Assembly (NCBI GenBank): GCA_019912315.1
Contig: JAIOJA010000008.1
Location: 45,668 to 109,667, forward strand
Length of the DNA: 64,000 nucleotides
Direction of reading: 5' to 3'
Source: Planctomycetota bacterium
GTDB taxonomy: Bacteria > Planctomycetota > UBA8742 > UBA2392
The notes beneath the pieces were generated by a model, which made no database searches, was not told the origin of the DNA, and saw only the letters and a program-made list of their open reading frames with translations. Of this stretch, positions 27,218 to 36,676 are shown one piece after another. The position numbers and the translations under genes were made by a program. Within the stretch, counting starts at the first letter, position 1; the number at the start of each line of letters is the position of its first letter.

Positions 27218-28846
27218 GTGAGCACCCAGGAACACCACCTGAAGCAGGAACTGTTGGAGCGCCTGGGCTCCGATCCGCTTGTGTTTCGATACCTCGAATC
27301 GGGCGCACTGGACGGCATGTGGTATTGGGATGTTCAGCAGCCGAAGCACGTATGGCTGAGCCCTGGTTACAAGGCGTTGTTCGGCTATACGGACGACGAA
27401 GTGCCCAATGATTCCGACTGGTGGCAACAAAACATCCATCCGGATGACTTGCCCTTGGTGCTCGATAATTTCAAACGCCACTTCAAGGACCCGGGCTGCC
27501 CGTTCGATCAGGTCGTCCGATACCGCCACAAGCAAGGGCACCTGGTATCGGTGCGTTGCAGAGGTGTAGCCACTCGCGATGAATCCGGACGCGCGGTGAG
27601 GATGCTCGGCACCCACACGGAAGTGTCGGAGCTGAATCGACTTGTCGAGGAGCTGCAGCATCGCAAGGATCACCTCACGAATCTGGTCAAAAGCATTCCC
27701 GACGCCGTGATCACCGTCGGCGTTGACGGCGTCATAGAAGACGCGAACCCGGCGTCAGGCGACGTGTTCCGCACCGACGCCAAAACGCTGATCGGCAAAC
27801 CTGTGCTGTCCCTGTTTCCGCCTGAGGTCGCCAGGGCCATCGACATCGACCGACGCAACACCGGGGGCATGGACTTCCTTAAAGGTGCGGTGCTGGCGAT
27901 CGACGCGCTGCGCAGCGATGGTGAAGACTTCCGCGCGGCCGTGTCGATCAACGCCTTCCGCACAGCGGAGGGTCACAAGTTTGTCTGGTTGCTGAAGGAC
28001 GTGTCTCCGGAGTTGCGGCATGAAAAGGAGCGCCAGAGCCTGACCCGCGCGCTTGAAGAAAAAAACCGCGAACTCGAGAGCATCATCTACGCCTCTTCGC
28101 ATGACTTGCGCTCACCACTGGTGAACCTACAGGGGTTCGGGCGCGAGTTGCGGCACGCGTGCGAAGAGATCCGCGGCGCGCTGAACGGCGTCGAACTCAC
28201 CGACCAACAACAGCAGAAGCTGCACTCGATTCTGGAAGCACGCATTCCGGAAGCGCTCGGATTCATCGACGCGAGTTCGCGCAAGATGGACCAGTTGATC
28301 CGCGGCCTGCTGAAGTTGTCCCGCCTGGGGCGTGAAGAACTGCACCTGAAGGTGCTGGACATGAACAAACTGGTGCAGGACGTGAAGAACGCGCTTGAAT
28401 TCTCGCTGCGTGAGAGGGAAGTCGAGTTCGAAGTTGGTGACTTGCCCTGCTGCATCGGCGACGAAGCCCTGCTGAACCAGGTCATCACGAACCTCATCGA
28501 CAACGCGATCAAGTACCTCGACCCCGCGCGCAGGGGACACATCAAGGTCTACGGGCGCGCACGCGGCCGCCAGAGCGAATACACGATCGAAGACAACGGG
28601 ATCGGCATCCCGCACGGAATGCTTGAGAAGATATTCGAGGTGTTTCACCGCTTGAACCCTCAAAGCGACGTCAAGGGCGAAGGTCTGGGGCTCAGCATCG
28701 TCCGGCGCATCCTTGATCGTCACAACGGCAGCATTCGCGCGGAAACCAGCGACGGTATCGGCATCAAGTTCATCGTCACGGTGCCGGCGCCAAGACCATC
28801 CGAGATGAACAACTCAACCAAGAAGGTCCACCATGCTGGAATTTGA
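27218..28846 (+). CDS. PAS-domain sensor histidine kinase
   Basis: Two PAS-like segments. H-box ASSHDLRSPL. N/G boxes (ITNLIDNAIKY, EDNGIGIP, GLGLSIV). Start is uncertain: GTG at 27218 with a GGAAAG RBS is preferred over the TTG at 27134 used by the ORF track. Confidence 0.75.
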   Translation: MSTQEHHLKQELLERLGSDPLVFRYLESGALDGMWYWDVQQPKHVWLSPGYKALFGYTDDEVPNDSDWWQQNIHPDDLPLVLDNFKRHFKDPGCPFDQVVRYRHKQGHLVSVRCRGVATRDESGRAVRMLGTHTEVSELNRLVEELQHRKDHLTNLVKSIPDAVITVGVDGVIEDANPASGDVFRTDAKTLIGKPVLSLFPPEVARAIDIDRRNTGGMDFLKGAVLAIDALRSDGEDFRAAVSINAFRTAEGHKFVWLLKDVSPELRHEKERQSLTRALEEKNRELESIIYASSHDLRSPLVNLQGFGRELRHACEEIRGALNGVELTDQQQQKLHSILEARIPEALGFIDASSRKMDQLIRGLLKLSRLGREELHLKVLDMNKLVQDVKNALEFSLREREVEFEVGDLPCCIGDEALLNQVITNLIDNAIKYLDPARRGHIKVYGRARGRQSEYTIEDNGIGIPHGMLEKIFEVFHRLNPQSDVKGEGLGLSIVRRILDRHNGSIRAETSDGIGIKFIVTVPAPRPSEMNNSTKKVHHAGI

Positions 28847-29300
28847 GCGCAACCCCCATTGTCCGCCTCCAACGGTCCTTCTCGCGGAAGATGACCCGGG
28901 GCATGCCCGTCTGATACAGAGCAACCTGCGTGAATCCGGAATCAAGAACCCGATCCAGCACTTTGAAGATGGGGCTGCACTGCTGGATTTCCTGCACGCG
29001 AAGTCGGATGCAGCCCCGGCGCTGGACTTCACGAACGCCTACGTACTGCTCCTCGATATTCGCATGCCCAAAGTCAGTGGCGACGAAGCGCTGGCCAAAA
29101 TCAAGGAACACTCGCAACTGAGGCTGATTCCGGTAGTCATGCTGACCACGACGGACGACCCCAAAGAGATACGACGCTGCTTCGAGCTTGGCTGCAACCA
29201 GTACGTAACGAAGCCGGTCGATTACGACCAGTTCGTGACCGTTATCCAGCGCCTGGGGGCGTTCCTGCAGATTACCTGCGTTCCCGTGCTGGGAGGATAA
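28833..29300 (+). CDS. Single-domain response regulator (CheY-like receiver)
   Basis: Receiver motifs (LLAEDD; LLLDIRMP phospho-Asp; conserved Thr/Lys positions). Overlaps the kinase gene by 14 nt, consistent with translational coupling. Confidence 0.8.
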   Translation: MLEFERNPHCPPPTVLLAEDDPGHARLIQSNLRESGIKNPIQHFEDGAALLDFLHAKSDAAPALDFTNAYVLLLDIRMPKVSGDEALAKIKEHSQLRLIPVVMLTTTDDPKEIRRCFELGCNQYVTKPVDYDQFVTVIQRLGAFLQITCVPVLGG

Positions 29301-29303
29301 GGC

Positions 29304-31409
29304 ATGGCTGCGGAAAAAATGCGGGTTCTGATCGTGGAAGATGACGCAGGCGTTGCGATGCTCGTCGGTCGCGCCGTTGAAGAGCTCGGCTGCGGTGCCA
29401 CCATTGCCGGCAATTGCGCACAGGCCCAGGAGCGAATCCGGGAGCGGCGCCCCGATCTCATCTTGCTCGACAATGCACTGCCCGACATGCAGGCCGCGGA
29501 GTTTCTTGATCTGCTTGAGGAGCAGGACCTGGCGGCTCCGTTCATCGTCACAACCGGGCATGGCAATGAAGACTTCGCGGTCCAGATGATGAAACGAGGG
29601 GCGATCGACTACCTGGTCAAAGACGTTGATTTCCTTGATAAGCTGATCCCTACTATCACCCGCGCCGTTGAGCAGATTAAGACCCGTCGCCGACTGCGCG
29701 AGGCGGAAGGCTCGTTGCAGCAGTACAAGGTCGAGATGGAAGCCATCGTCGAGGCCGCCGCGGACGGCATCGTCACTTTCGACGGCGCCGGGCACATCGT
29801 CACCGCCAACAGCGCTCTTTGCGAAATGTACGGCTATTCGTTCAACGAAATCGCGGGCAAGCACATCGGCAGCCTGTTTCCCAACGAAGAAGGCGTGACG
29901 GTGTTTCCGCTGCCAGGCAAAGCCGGTACCGGCGAGGTGAGAAAGCAGTTACAGGCGCCGCGCGAGTTCATCGCGACGCGGGCGGATGGTTCGCCCTTCG
30001 ACGCGGAAGTAACCATGAACGATGTCGCGGGTAGCAGCCGACGCCTTTACTTGGCGGTCATCCGGGACATCTCCGAAAAAAAGCGCATCGAGCGCCAGCT
30101 TCTGCATGATGCGTTCCACGACAAACTGACGGGTCTGCCGAACCGCGCGCTTGCCATGAACCGAATCAACCACGCGCTTGCGCGTCGCGATCACCACGCC
30201 GGCCATCGCTGCGCCGTCATGTTCGTCGACCTTGACCGCTTCAAGATGGTCAACGACACCATGGGGCACGCGGCTGGCGACGCGATGCTTGTTGAAGTCG
30301 CCAGTCGACTGCAAGAAGTTATGCGCCCTTCAGATACCATCGCGCGCCTGGGCGGCGACGAGTTCGCTGTGGTGCTGGAAGACATCGTCGACATGCGCAA
30401 CGCGATCCATGTCGCGGAGCGCGTGCTGAAATCGCTGGAGGAAGACGTAAACGTGCGCGGCACACCTCTCAAAACCAACGCCAGCCTCGGCATTGCCCTG
30501 AGCCAGGATGACACGGACGACGGCGAAGAACTGCTGCGCCGTGCCGACATCGCCATGTACCGCGCCAAGGAAAAGGGGCGCGGGCGCTTTGAAATTTTCG
30601 ATATCGAGATGCACAGCAGCACCGTCATGATGATGCGCCTCGAAACCGACCTGCGTCGCGCCATCGGCAGCACCGAGATCACCCTGCACTACCAGCCTGT
30701 GGTCGACCTGGAAAAACGCGTCGTCGCCGGCTTCGAAGCACTGGTGCGCTGGAACCGCCCCGGCGAAGGGCTTGTGTCGCCGGCGAAGTTCGTACCCCTG
30801 GCCGAAGAGACCGGGCTGATCTGCGACCTCGGGCGCCAGGTGCTGCACATGGCCTGCAAACAGAACCGCGAATGGAAAGACCGCATCGGCGATTTCACCA
30901 CCATCTCGGTCAACCTGTCGGCCTACCAGTTGCAGCGCGAAGATGTCGTCAGCCTGGTGCGCGACGTGCTGAAAGATACCGGTATGCCGACGGCGTCCCT
31001 GAAGCTGGAACTGACGGAAGGCGCGTTCATCGATTATGCCAAGGGCGAAATGACGGCCTTGGACGAGTTAAAGAAAATGGGCGTGGGGCTGGCGATTGAC
31101 GACTTCGGCACCGGCTACTCTTCGTTCGGGTATTTGGGCAAGTTGCCGATCGAGACCATTAAACTGGACCGCTCGTTCATCATGGGGCTGCCCCAGGATC
31201 ACGACCACATCGCGATCAGCACCGCCATTCTGGCCATGGCCAAAGCGATGAAACTCAACGTGATCGCCGAGGGCATTGAGCACACAGGCCAGCTCAAGTT
31301 CCTATACGATAACGGCTGCCGCTGGGCCCAGGGCTACCTGTTCAGCCGACCCGTACCGGCCGAGCAAGCGGAAGACCTGCTGTTCTCGACGATTGAAATG
31401 AATATCTAG
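29304..31409 (+). CDS. Hybrid c-di-GMP enzyme: receiver, PAS, GGDEF and EAL domains
   Basis: REC (VLIVEDD…LILLDNALPDM). PAS (IVTFDGAGHIVTANSALCEMYGY). Intact GGDEF (RLGGDEFAV). EAL domain (EALVRW; DDFGTGYSS; QGYLFSRP). Confidence 0.85.
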   Translation: MAAEKMRVLIVEDDAGVAMLVGRAVEELGCGATIAGNCAQAQERIRERRPDLILLDNALPDMQAAEFLDLLEEQDLAAPFIVTTGHGNEDFAVQMMKRGAIDYLVKDVDFLDKLIPTITRAVEQIKTRRRLREAEGSLQQYKVEMEAIVEAAADGIVTFDGAGHIVTANSALCEMYGYSFNEIAGKHIGSLFPNEEGVTVFPLPGKAGTGEVRKQLQAPREFIATRADGSPFDAEVTMNDVAGSSRRLYLAVIRDISEKKRIERQLLHDAFHDKLTGLPNRALAMNRINHALARRDHHAGHRCAVMFVDLDRFKMVNDTMGHAAGDAMLVEVASRLQEVMRPSDTIARLGGDEFAVVLEDIVDMRNAIHVAERVLKSLEEDVNVRGTPLKTNASLGIALSQDDTDDGEELLRRADIAMYRAKEKGRGRFEIFDIEMHSSTVMMMRLETDLRRAIGSTEITLHYQPVVDLEKRVVAGFEALVRWNRPGEGLVSPAKFVPLAEETGLICDLGRQVLHMACKQNREWKDRIGDFTTISVNLSAYQLQREDVVSLVRDVLKDTGMPTASLKLELTEGAFIDYAKGEMTALDELKKMGVGLAIDDFGTGYSSFGYLGKLPIETIKLDRSFIMGLPQDHDHIAISTAILAMAKAMKLNVIAEGIEHTGQLKFLYDNGCRWAQGYLFSRPVPAEQAEDLLFSTIEMNI

Positions 31410-31562
31410 GCGCCCGTTTCCCGCATTCGTCCCACAAACGTCCAACAAGCTGTGAGCCCTTCACATAGAGGGTTTTCGGGCGATCCATCATCCGTCTTGC
31501 GGCTTGTTTTGGTGCTCCGATCCGGGTAGAGTTCGCCTCTTCTGCGGGTTTGCGAGGCATTC

Positions 31563-34250
31563 ATGGCTAAGAAGGACGCTGCACCACCACCATCCGACGG
31601 GCGCATTGAGCCGTTGAACATCGCCGACGAAATGCGCGAGTCGTACCTGACTTACGCCATGTCCGTGATTGTCAGCCGCGCCCTGCCCGACGTCCGCGAC
31701 GGCTTGAAGCCATCACAGCGGCGCGTACTGGTGGCCATGAACGACCTGAATCTCGGGCCGACCACCAAGTTCCGCAAGTGCGCCAAGATCTGCGGCGATA
31801 CTTCGGGCAACTATCACCCGCACGGCGAATCGGTCGTCTACCCGACGCTGGTTCGCATGGGCCAGGACTTCGCCACCCGCTACCTGATGGTCGACCCGCA
31901 GGGAAACTTCGGGACCATCGACGGCGACCCGCCGGCCGCCATGCGCTACACCGAGGCGCGCCTGACCCGCGCCGCCACGGACATGCTGGAAGATCTCGAC
32001 AAAGACACGGTCGACTACGTCGACAACTTTGAAGGCACGCGCAAAGAGCCGACGGTACTGCCGGGCAAATTCCCGAACCTGTTGTGTAACGGCACAGGTG
32101 GCATCGCCGTGGGCATGGCCACATCCATGCCGCCGCACAACGTGAATGAAGTCTGCGACGCGATCACCCACCTAGTTGACAAGCCGGAGTGCACGGTCGA
32201 AGACCTGATGAAGCACGTCAAGGCGCCGGACTTTCCCACCGGCGGCGTGATCCACGGGCGCAAGGCCATCGCCGACGCCTACCGCACCGGGCGGGGCATT
32301 CTGACCGTACGCGGCAAAATCGAAATCGAAGACGGCGATCACGGCAAGACCAACATCACCATCACCGAAATCCCGTATCAGGTGAACAAGACCACGCTGA
32401 TCGACCGCATTGCGGCGCTTGTACGCGCGGGCAGCATTACCGGCGTGCATGACATCCGCGACTACAGCAAGAAAGACATTCGCATTGTCGTTGAGGTCAA
32501 GCGCGGCGACGACCCGAACATTGTGGTCAACCAGCTGTACAAGCACACGCAACTGCAAAGCAGCTTCAGCATCATCAACATTGCGATCGTCGAAGGACGC
32601 CCGCATACGCTGAACCTGAAACAGATCTGTGAGCATTACCGTGACCACCGAAAAGAAGTCATCCTGCGCCGCACCCGCTGGCTGCTGAACAAGGCCCGCG
32701 CGCGCCAGCACATCGTCATAGGCCTGCTGCTCGCCCTCACCAAGATGGACGAGATCATCAAGCTGATTCGCGCCTCAAAAGACGTCAACGAAGCGCGCGA
32801 AAAGCTGATGGCCCTGAAGTTCGCCAAAAAGGTGAAGACCGAAGGCGGTCACAGTATCGAGGGCAACGAGACGCTGACCCGCGCCCAGGCCGACGCGATT
32901 CTGGCCATGACGCTCAGCAAGCTCACCGGCCTTGAGCGCGACAAACTCGAAGAGGAATACGCCGCGCTGGTGGCCGAAATCGCGGACCTGATGGACATTC
33001 TTGCGCGCGAAGAGCGCGTCATGGGGATGATCAAGGACGACCTGGCCGACATCAAGAAGCGCCACGGCGACAAGCGCCGCACGGAAATCGTGACGGACGG
33101 AGTCGAGGATTTCGACATCACGAAGCTTGTTCCCGATGAGCAGATGGTCGTCACCATCAGCGCCGAGGGCTACATCAAACGCGTGCCGCTGGATGCCTAC
33201 CGCCGCCAGAACCGCGGCGGCATGGGCAGCACAGGCAGCAAGGCCAAAGAAGGCGATTACGTTGAGCACTTCTTCATCGCCAGCACGCACGACTACCTGC
33301 TCGTGTTCACGAGTTTAGGCAAACTGCTGTGGCTGAAGGTGTACGACGTGCCCGAGTACAGCAAGACGGCCAAGGGTCGCCCGCTGATTAATTTGCTGAA
33401 CATCAGCAACGTTGAGAAGGTCAGCGCCTGCATCAAGGTGCGCGAATTCGACACCGGGCAGAACCTCGTGTTTGTCACGTTAAAGGGGCAGATCAAGAAG
33501 ACCGAGCTCAGCGCCTACAGCAACGTCACCAAGAAGGGCATACGCGCAATCAAGCTGAAGGAAGGTGATCGTCTGATCGACGTGATGCTCACGCGCGGGC
33601 AGGACGAGCTGGTGATCGCGACGCGCAAGGGTTACGCGATTCGCTTCAACGAAACCGACTGCCGCAAGATGGGTCGCGTCGCCGCGGGTGTGCGCGGAGT
33701 CAGCCTGCGCAAGGGGGACGAGGTCGTGGACGCCGCGGTCGTCAACCGCAACGCCAGCCTGCTGACCGTGACCCAGAAGGGCTACGGCAAGCGAACCGTT
33801 TACGACGAATACCGCCTGCAGAGCCGCGGCGGCAAGGGGATCATTAATCTGAAAGTCACCGAGAAGAACGGTGAAGTCGTCGCCGCCAAGAGCATTTTCG
33901 AGGGCGACGAAATCATGCTCATGACCAAGGGCGGCGTCGTGCTGCGGACAGCAGTCACCGAAGACAGCATGCGCGAAATCGGCCGCGCCACGCAGGGCGT
34001 GCGACTCATGCGCGTCGAAAGCGACGACGAAATCACCAGCGTCGTGAAGATCATGAGCGAAGACCAGGCCTTCGAGCAGGCTGAGGCCGAAGTAGAAGAA
34101 GAAAAGAAGGAAGAAGCCACAGCCCACGCCGACGACGTAGTGAAAACCCTCATGGAAGAAGGCCTGGAAGGCCACGCCAAAAAGGTGAGCGGCGACAGGA
34201 AGCCCAAAGAGAAGAAGGGCAAGAAAAAGAAGCCCAGCGACGAAGAGTAG
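31563..34250 (+). CDS. gyrA: DNA gyrase subunit A, with a charged C-terminal tail
   Basis: Active-site and quinolone-resistance region ([14 protein letters not shown]; [11 protein letters not shown]). GyrA-box-like QSRGGKG in the C-terminal beta-pinwheel. Ends with a [12 protein letters not shown] tail. Confidence 0.9.
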   Translation: MAKKDAAPPPSDGRIEPLNIADEMRESYLTYAMSVIVSRALPDVRDGLKPSQRRVLVAMNDLNLGPTTKFRKCAKICGDTSGNYHPHGESVVYPTLVRMGQDFATRYLMVDPQGNFGTIDGDPPAAMRYTEARLTRAATDMLEDLDKDTVDYVDNFEGTRKEPTVLPGKFPNLLCNGTGGIAVGMATSMPPHNVNEVCDAITHLVDKPECTVEDLMKHVKAPDFPTGGVIHGRKAIADAYRTGRGILTVRGKIEIEDGDHGKTNITITEIPYQVNKTTLIDRIAALVRAGSITGVHDIRDYSKKDIRIVVEVKRGDDPNIVVNQLYKHTQLQSSFSIINIAIVEGRPHTLNLKQICEHYRDHRKEVILRRTRWLLNKARARQHIVIGLLLALTKMDEIIKLIRASKDVNEAREKLMALKFAKKVKTEGGHSIEGNETLTRAQADAILAMTLSKLTGLERDKLEEEYAALVAEIADLMDILAREERVMGMIKDDLADIKKRHGDKRRTEIVTDGVEDFDITKLVPDEQMVVTISAEGYIKRVPLDAYRRQNRGGMGSTGSKAKEGDYVEHFFIASTHDYLLVFTSLGKLLWLKVYDVPEYSKTAKGRPLINLLNISNVEKVSACIKVREFDTGQNLVFVTLKGQIKKTELSAYSNVTKKGIRAIKLKEGDRLIDVMLTRGQDELVIATRKGYAIRFNETDCRKMGRVAAGVRGVSLRKGDEVVDAAVVNRNASLLTVTQKGYGKRTVYDEYRLQSRGGKGIINLKVTEKNGEVVAAKSIFEGDEIMLMTKGGVVLRTAVTEDSMREIGRATQGVRLMRVESDDEITSVVKIMSEDQAFEQAEAEVEEEKKEEATAHADDVVKTLMEEGLEGHAKKVSGDRKPKEKKGKKKKPSDEE

Positions 34251-34318
34251 GCGAGCAATCAGTATGTCGCGGGGTCGGGTATCTTGTGACCGGCCCAGCT
34301 TTCATTTGGAGCGTCGCT

Positions 34319-34804
34319 ATGCACACTCACGCCAGCTTGTTCGACATCCACACCCGTTCTCACCAGAGTCTGGTGAAGTTGATGGATCATTGCGCGGGGT
34401 TTTCGGACGACGAGCTGGCGCGGGAAGTTGAGGGGTTTGGCTATCCCTGCATTCGCCTGCAGCTTCATCACGTGATCGGGGCCGAGCAATACTGGGTCGG
34501 CGTGCTGCACGGCCTGATGCTGGTGGATGAGCTTGAGGAAGACTACGCAAGCATCGATGCCCTGCGCGCATTTCGCGAGCGCGTGGCGGGCGTCACGCAC
34601 GCGTATCTGCAAACCGCCGACGAGGCCGAGCTCAACACAGCGCGCAAAATGACGACTTTTGGCGGACACGAGCGCGAGCTGGTCCCGGCCCACATCATCC
34701 TGCGCACCCAGACCCACATCTTCCAGCACCAGGGCCAGGTCGGGGCAATGTGCCGCCTGCTTGGCAGACCCATCCCGCCTGGGCTCGATTTTCCTGTCCA
34801 GTGA
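34319..34804 (+). CDS. DinB/YfiT-like (DinB_2 superfamily) metal-dependent protein
   Basis: Four-helix DinB-type pattern with conserved His positions (HHVIGAEQYW…; HIFQHQGQ). GGAGCG RBS 5 nt before the ATG at 34319. A 216 aa antisense ORF was rejected. Confidence 0.5.
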   Translation: MHTHASLFDIHTRSHQSLVKLMDHCAGFSDDELAREVEGFGYPCIRLQLHHVIGAEQYWVGVLHGLMLVDELEEDYASIDALRAFRERVAGVTHAYLQTADEAELNTARKMTTFGGHERELVPAHIILRTQTHIFQHQGQVGAMCRLLGRPIPPGLDFPVQ

Positions 34805-34933
34805 TTCGCAAACTGCACAGCAAGTACATCGCAAAGCGCTGAAGTGCGCGCAAGTTTCTACTTTTGATTTGGACATGCCCGTGTGTTTCGTCATAGTCGA
34901 TCCGCTCACACATCAACAACACGAGGCGCACTC

Positions 34934-35764
34934 ATGAACAACCTGAACCTCTGCATTTTCGCGCTGGCTCTCGCCCTGGTGGCCGGCAGCTTGAACGCCC
35001 AACCCGATCTCCTGAACGAAACCTTTGAAGGCGTCTCCAACTCGCCCACCGAAGTCGACACAGCCACCGGGTTGAACCTTCCCGCCAGTGGCTGGACTTC
35101 CGACCCGCAGTTTACCCCGGCGCAGGCCGGCGCGACCGCGACGGCGGCGGAGTGGAGTATCAACGACGGCTCGGCCGGTACGCCGGGCGGGGCAACCAGC
35201 GCGCCGAGCCATTTCGGATCAATCTTCTTGCGCTTCGACGCCTACCAGGGAGTCTCGTCAATCAGCGACTACTCGAAGGCTGCGATCACCCCCAGCCTGG
35301 ATGCCAGCGGTTTCTCGACCAATCTGTACCTGAACTTCAACCTGGTCAACGACGGCTTTACGGGAGCTGGTGGGCCGAACAATGCATTCGAAATCTGGTA
35401 CATCGACAACGACGCCGGCGTGCCTGCCTGGACACAGATTTTCACGGTCCAGGAAAGCGGGCCTGGGACGCGCGTAGTTACCTCGGAGTCGATCGACCTG
35501 AGTGTTCTGCTCGGCTCCAGCGATTTTCAACTCGCGTTCGTCGTGGAAGGTGCGAGCACGCTGGGCATCGACGAATGGATCGTGGACAACATTTCCGTAG
35601 CCGACGAGATCCGAACCAACAACGGCGACGGCGGTGGGGGCGGAGGCGGTGGCGACGACGGCGGTTGCTCGACTGACACCGGCCGCGGACTTCACATCCT
35701 GACCCTGCTGGGTGCAATAAGCCTGCTCGCGCTCGGTACTCGCCTGCGCCGCAGCGGGCAATAA
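34934..35764 (+). CDS. Secreted protein with a poly-Gly tract and a C-terminal sorting-signal-like tail (small-residue motif, TM helix, basic cluster)
   Basis: Signal peptide MNNLNLCIFALALALVAGSLNAQ. C-terminus GGGGGGGGDDGGCSTDTGRGLHILTLLGAISLLALGTRLRRSGQ resembles GlyGly-CTERM/PEP-CTERM-class anchors. Confidence 0.6.
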   Translation: MNNLNLCIFALALALVAGSLNAQPDLLNETFEGVSNSPTEVDTATGLNLPASGWTSDPQFTPAQAGATATAAEWSINDGSAGTPGGATSAPSHFGSIFLRFDAYQGVSSISDYSKAAITPSLDASGFSTNLYLNFNLVNDGFTGAGGPNNAFEIWYIDNDAGVPAWTQIFTVQESGPGTRVVTSESIDLSVLLGSSDFQLAFVVEGASTLGIDEWIVDNISVADEIRTNNGDGGGGGGGGDDGGCSTDTGRGLHILTLLGAISLLALGTRLRRSGQ

Positions 35765-35781
35765 CCGACCGACTTTCCATT

Positions 35782-35916
35782 GACCTGACGCCGTTCATCA
35801 ACGGTGATGGCCTTATTGCGGGAGAAACCGAGAAATCGACGACTCAGTTCGTAGCGATGATTGCCGCGCTGTTAGGCGAACGTGGCATTGTCAGCATCGC
35901 TTGGGGCAGCAAGTAG
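35782..35916 (+). pseudogene. Short remnant encoding a duplicate of the C-terminal tail of the 38876..39628 protein (…LGERGIVSIAWGSK*)
   Basis: The last roughly 48 nt are about 80% identical to the 3' end of the 38876..39628 CDS (…LVGERGVVSIAWGGK*). No start or full-length ORF. Sits in a roughly 900 bp gene-free stretch. Confidence 0.3.
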
Positions 35917-36676
35917 CCCGACGTCAAGTCCGGATGCGCGTAAGTGGCAACCAGGGCGCGTTGGTCTTGCGATTCGGCGGCAGGGGCTGCCACGCGAATT
36001 GCCCGTTGCAGATCATGCCCATGCGCTGGTTGTCGAAGACAATTCGCTCTTTGCAAGTTTCGAAGCTCTGAATGGGGTAGATGCGGATTCCACCTGGCTT
36101 GCGCCGCCGAAACAGACTCCGCTTCTTGCTGACCTCCGCTGCCATTGATGTGCCTCAAGATGATGCGGGTCCCGCGCGGCCTCGCGGATGACGCCCACCA
36201 AGGAAACCGATCCGGGCCGTTCAGACACAAGACCGGTTGTCCCCCGAGTGATGAGCGTCATCCAGGTCGGGCGAGTCAGCTCGGCATGAGACCTGATTTC
36301 GCCCTGCCAACCCTGCGAGGCAGCTTGCCGGCCGGTACGCTCGGGCCAGCACAGCCCTAAATTTCGCGCTTCCGCTTGTGATCGGAGGGGCTGATCACCT
36401 TGACACCAGACCGGGATCGCACTGCGCGCAACACAACGTGGGGCATCAGGCCACACGTTGGCGGAAGTGCTCTCCGATTTCCTGGTGCCCGGACTCACGA
36501 CGAAGCCTGTGCTCTGCTGCGAGATGGCGCTCTAATTTCCTGCCTGACCACAGGACCGTCGGGACGTGCCCGCGTCTTGCTTGAGATGCCTGTGCGCTGC
36601 TGCGACCGGCGTCTTCACAACTAATGTTGCGGCAGGTGCATCCGGGTGCAGAAAAGTTTCGAGACTGGCCGGATTT

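Noticed and set aside
34259-34909. 216 aa minus-strand ORF overlapping the DinB-like gene
   Set aside because: Plus-strand product has DinB-family His motifs and a good RBS. Minus-strand product has no features. Kept as lower-confidence call only for the plus strand.
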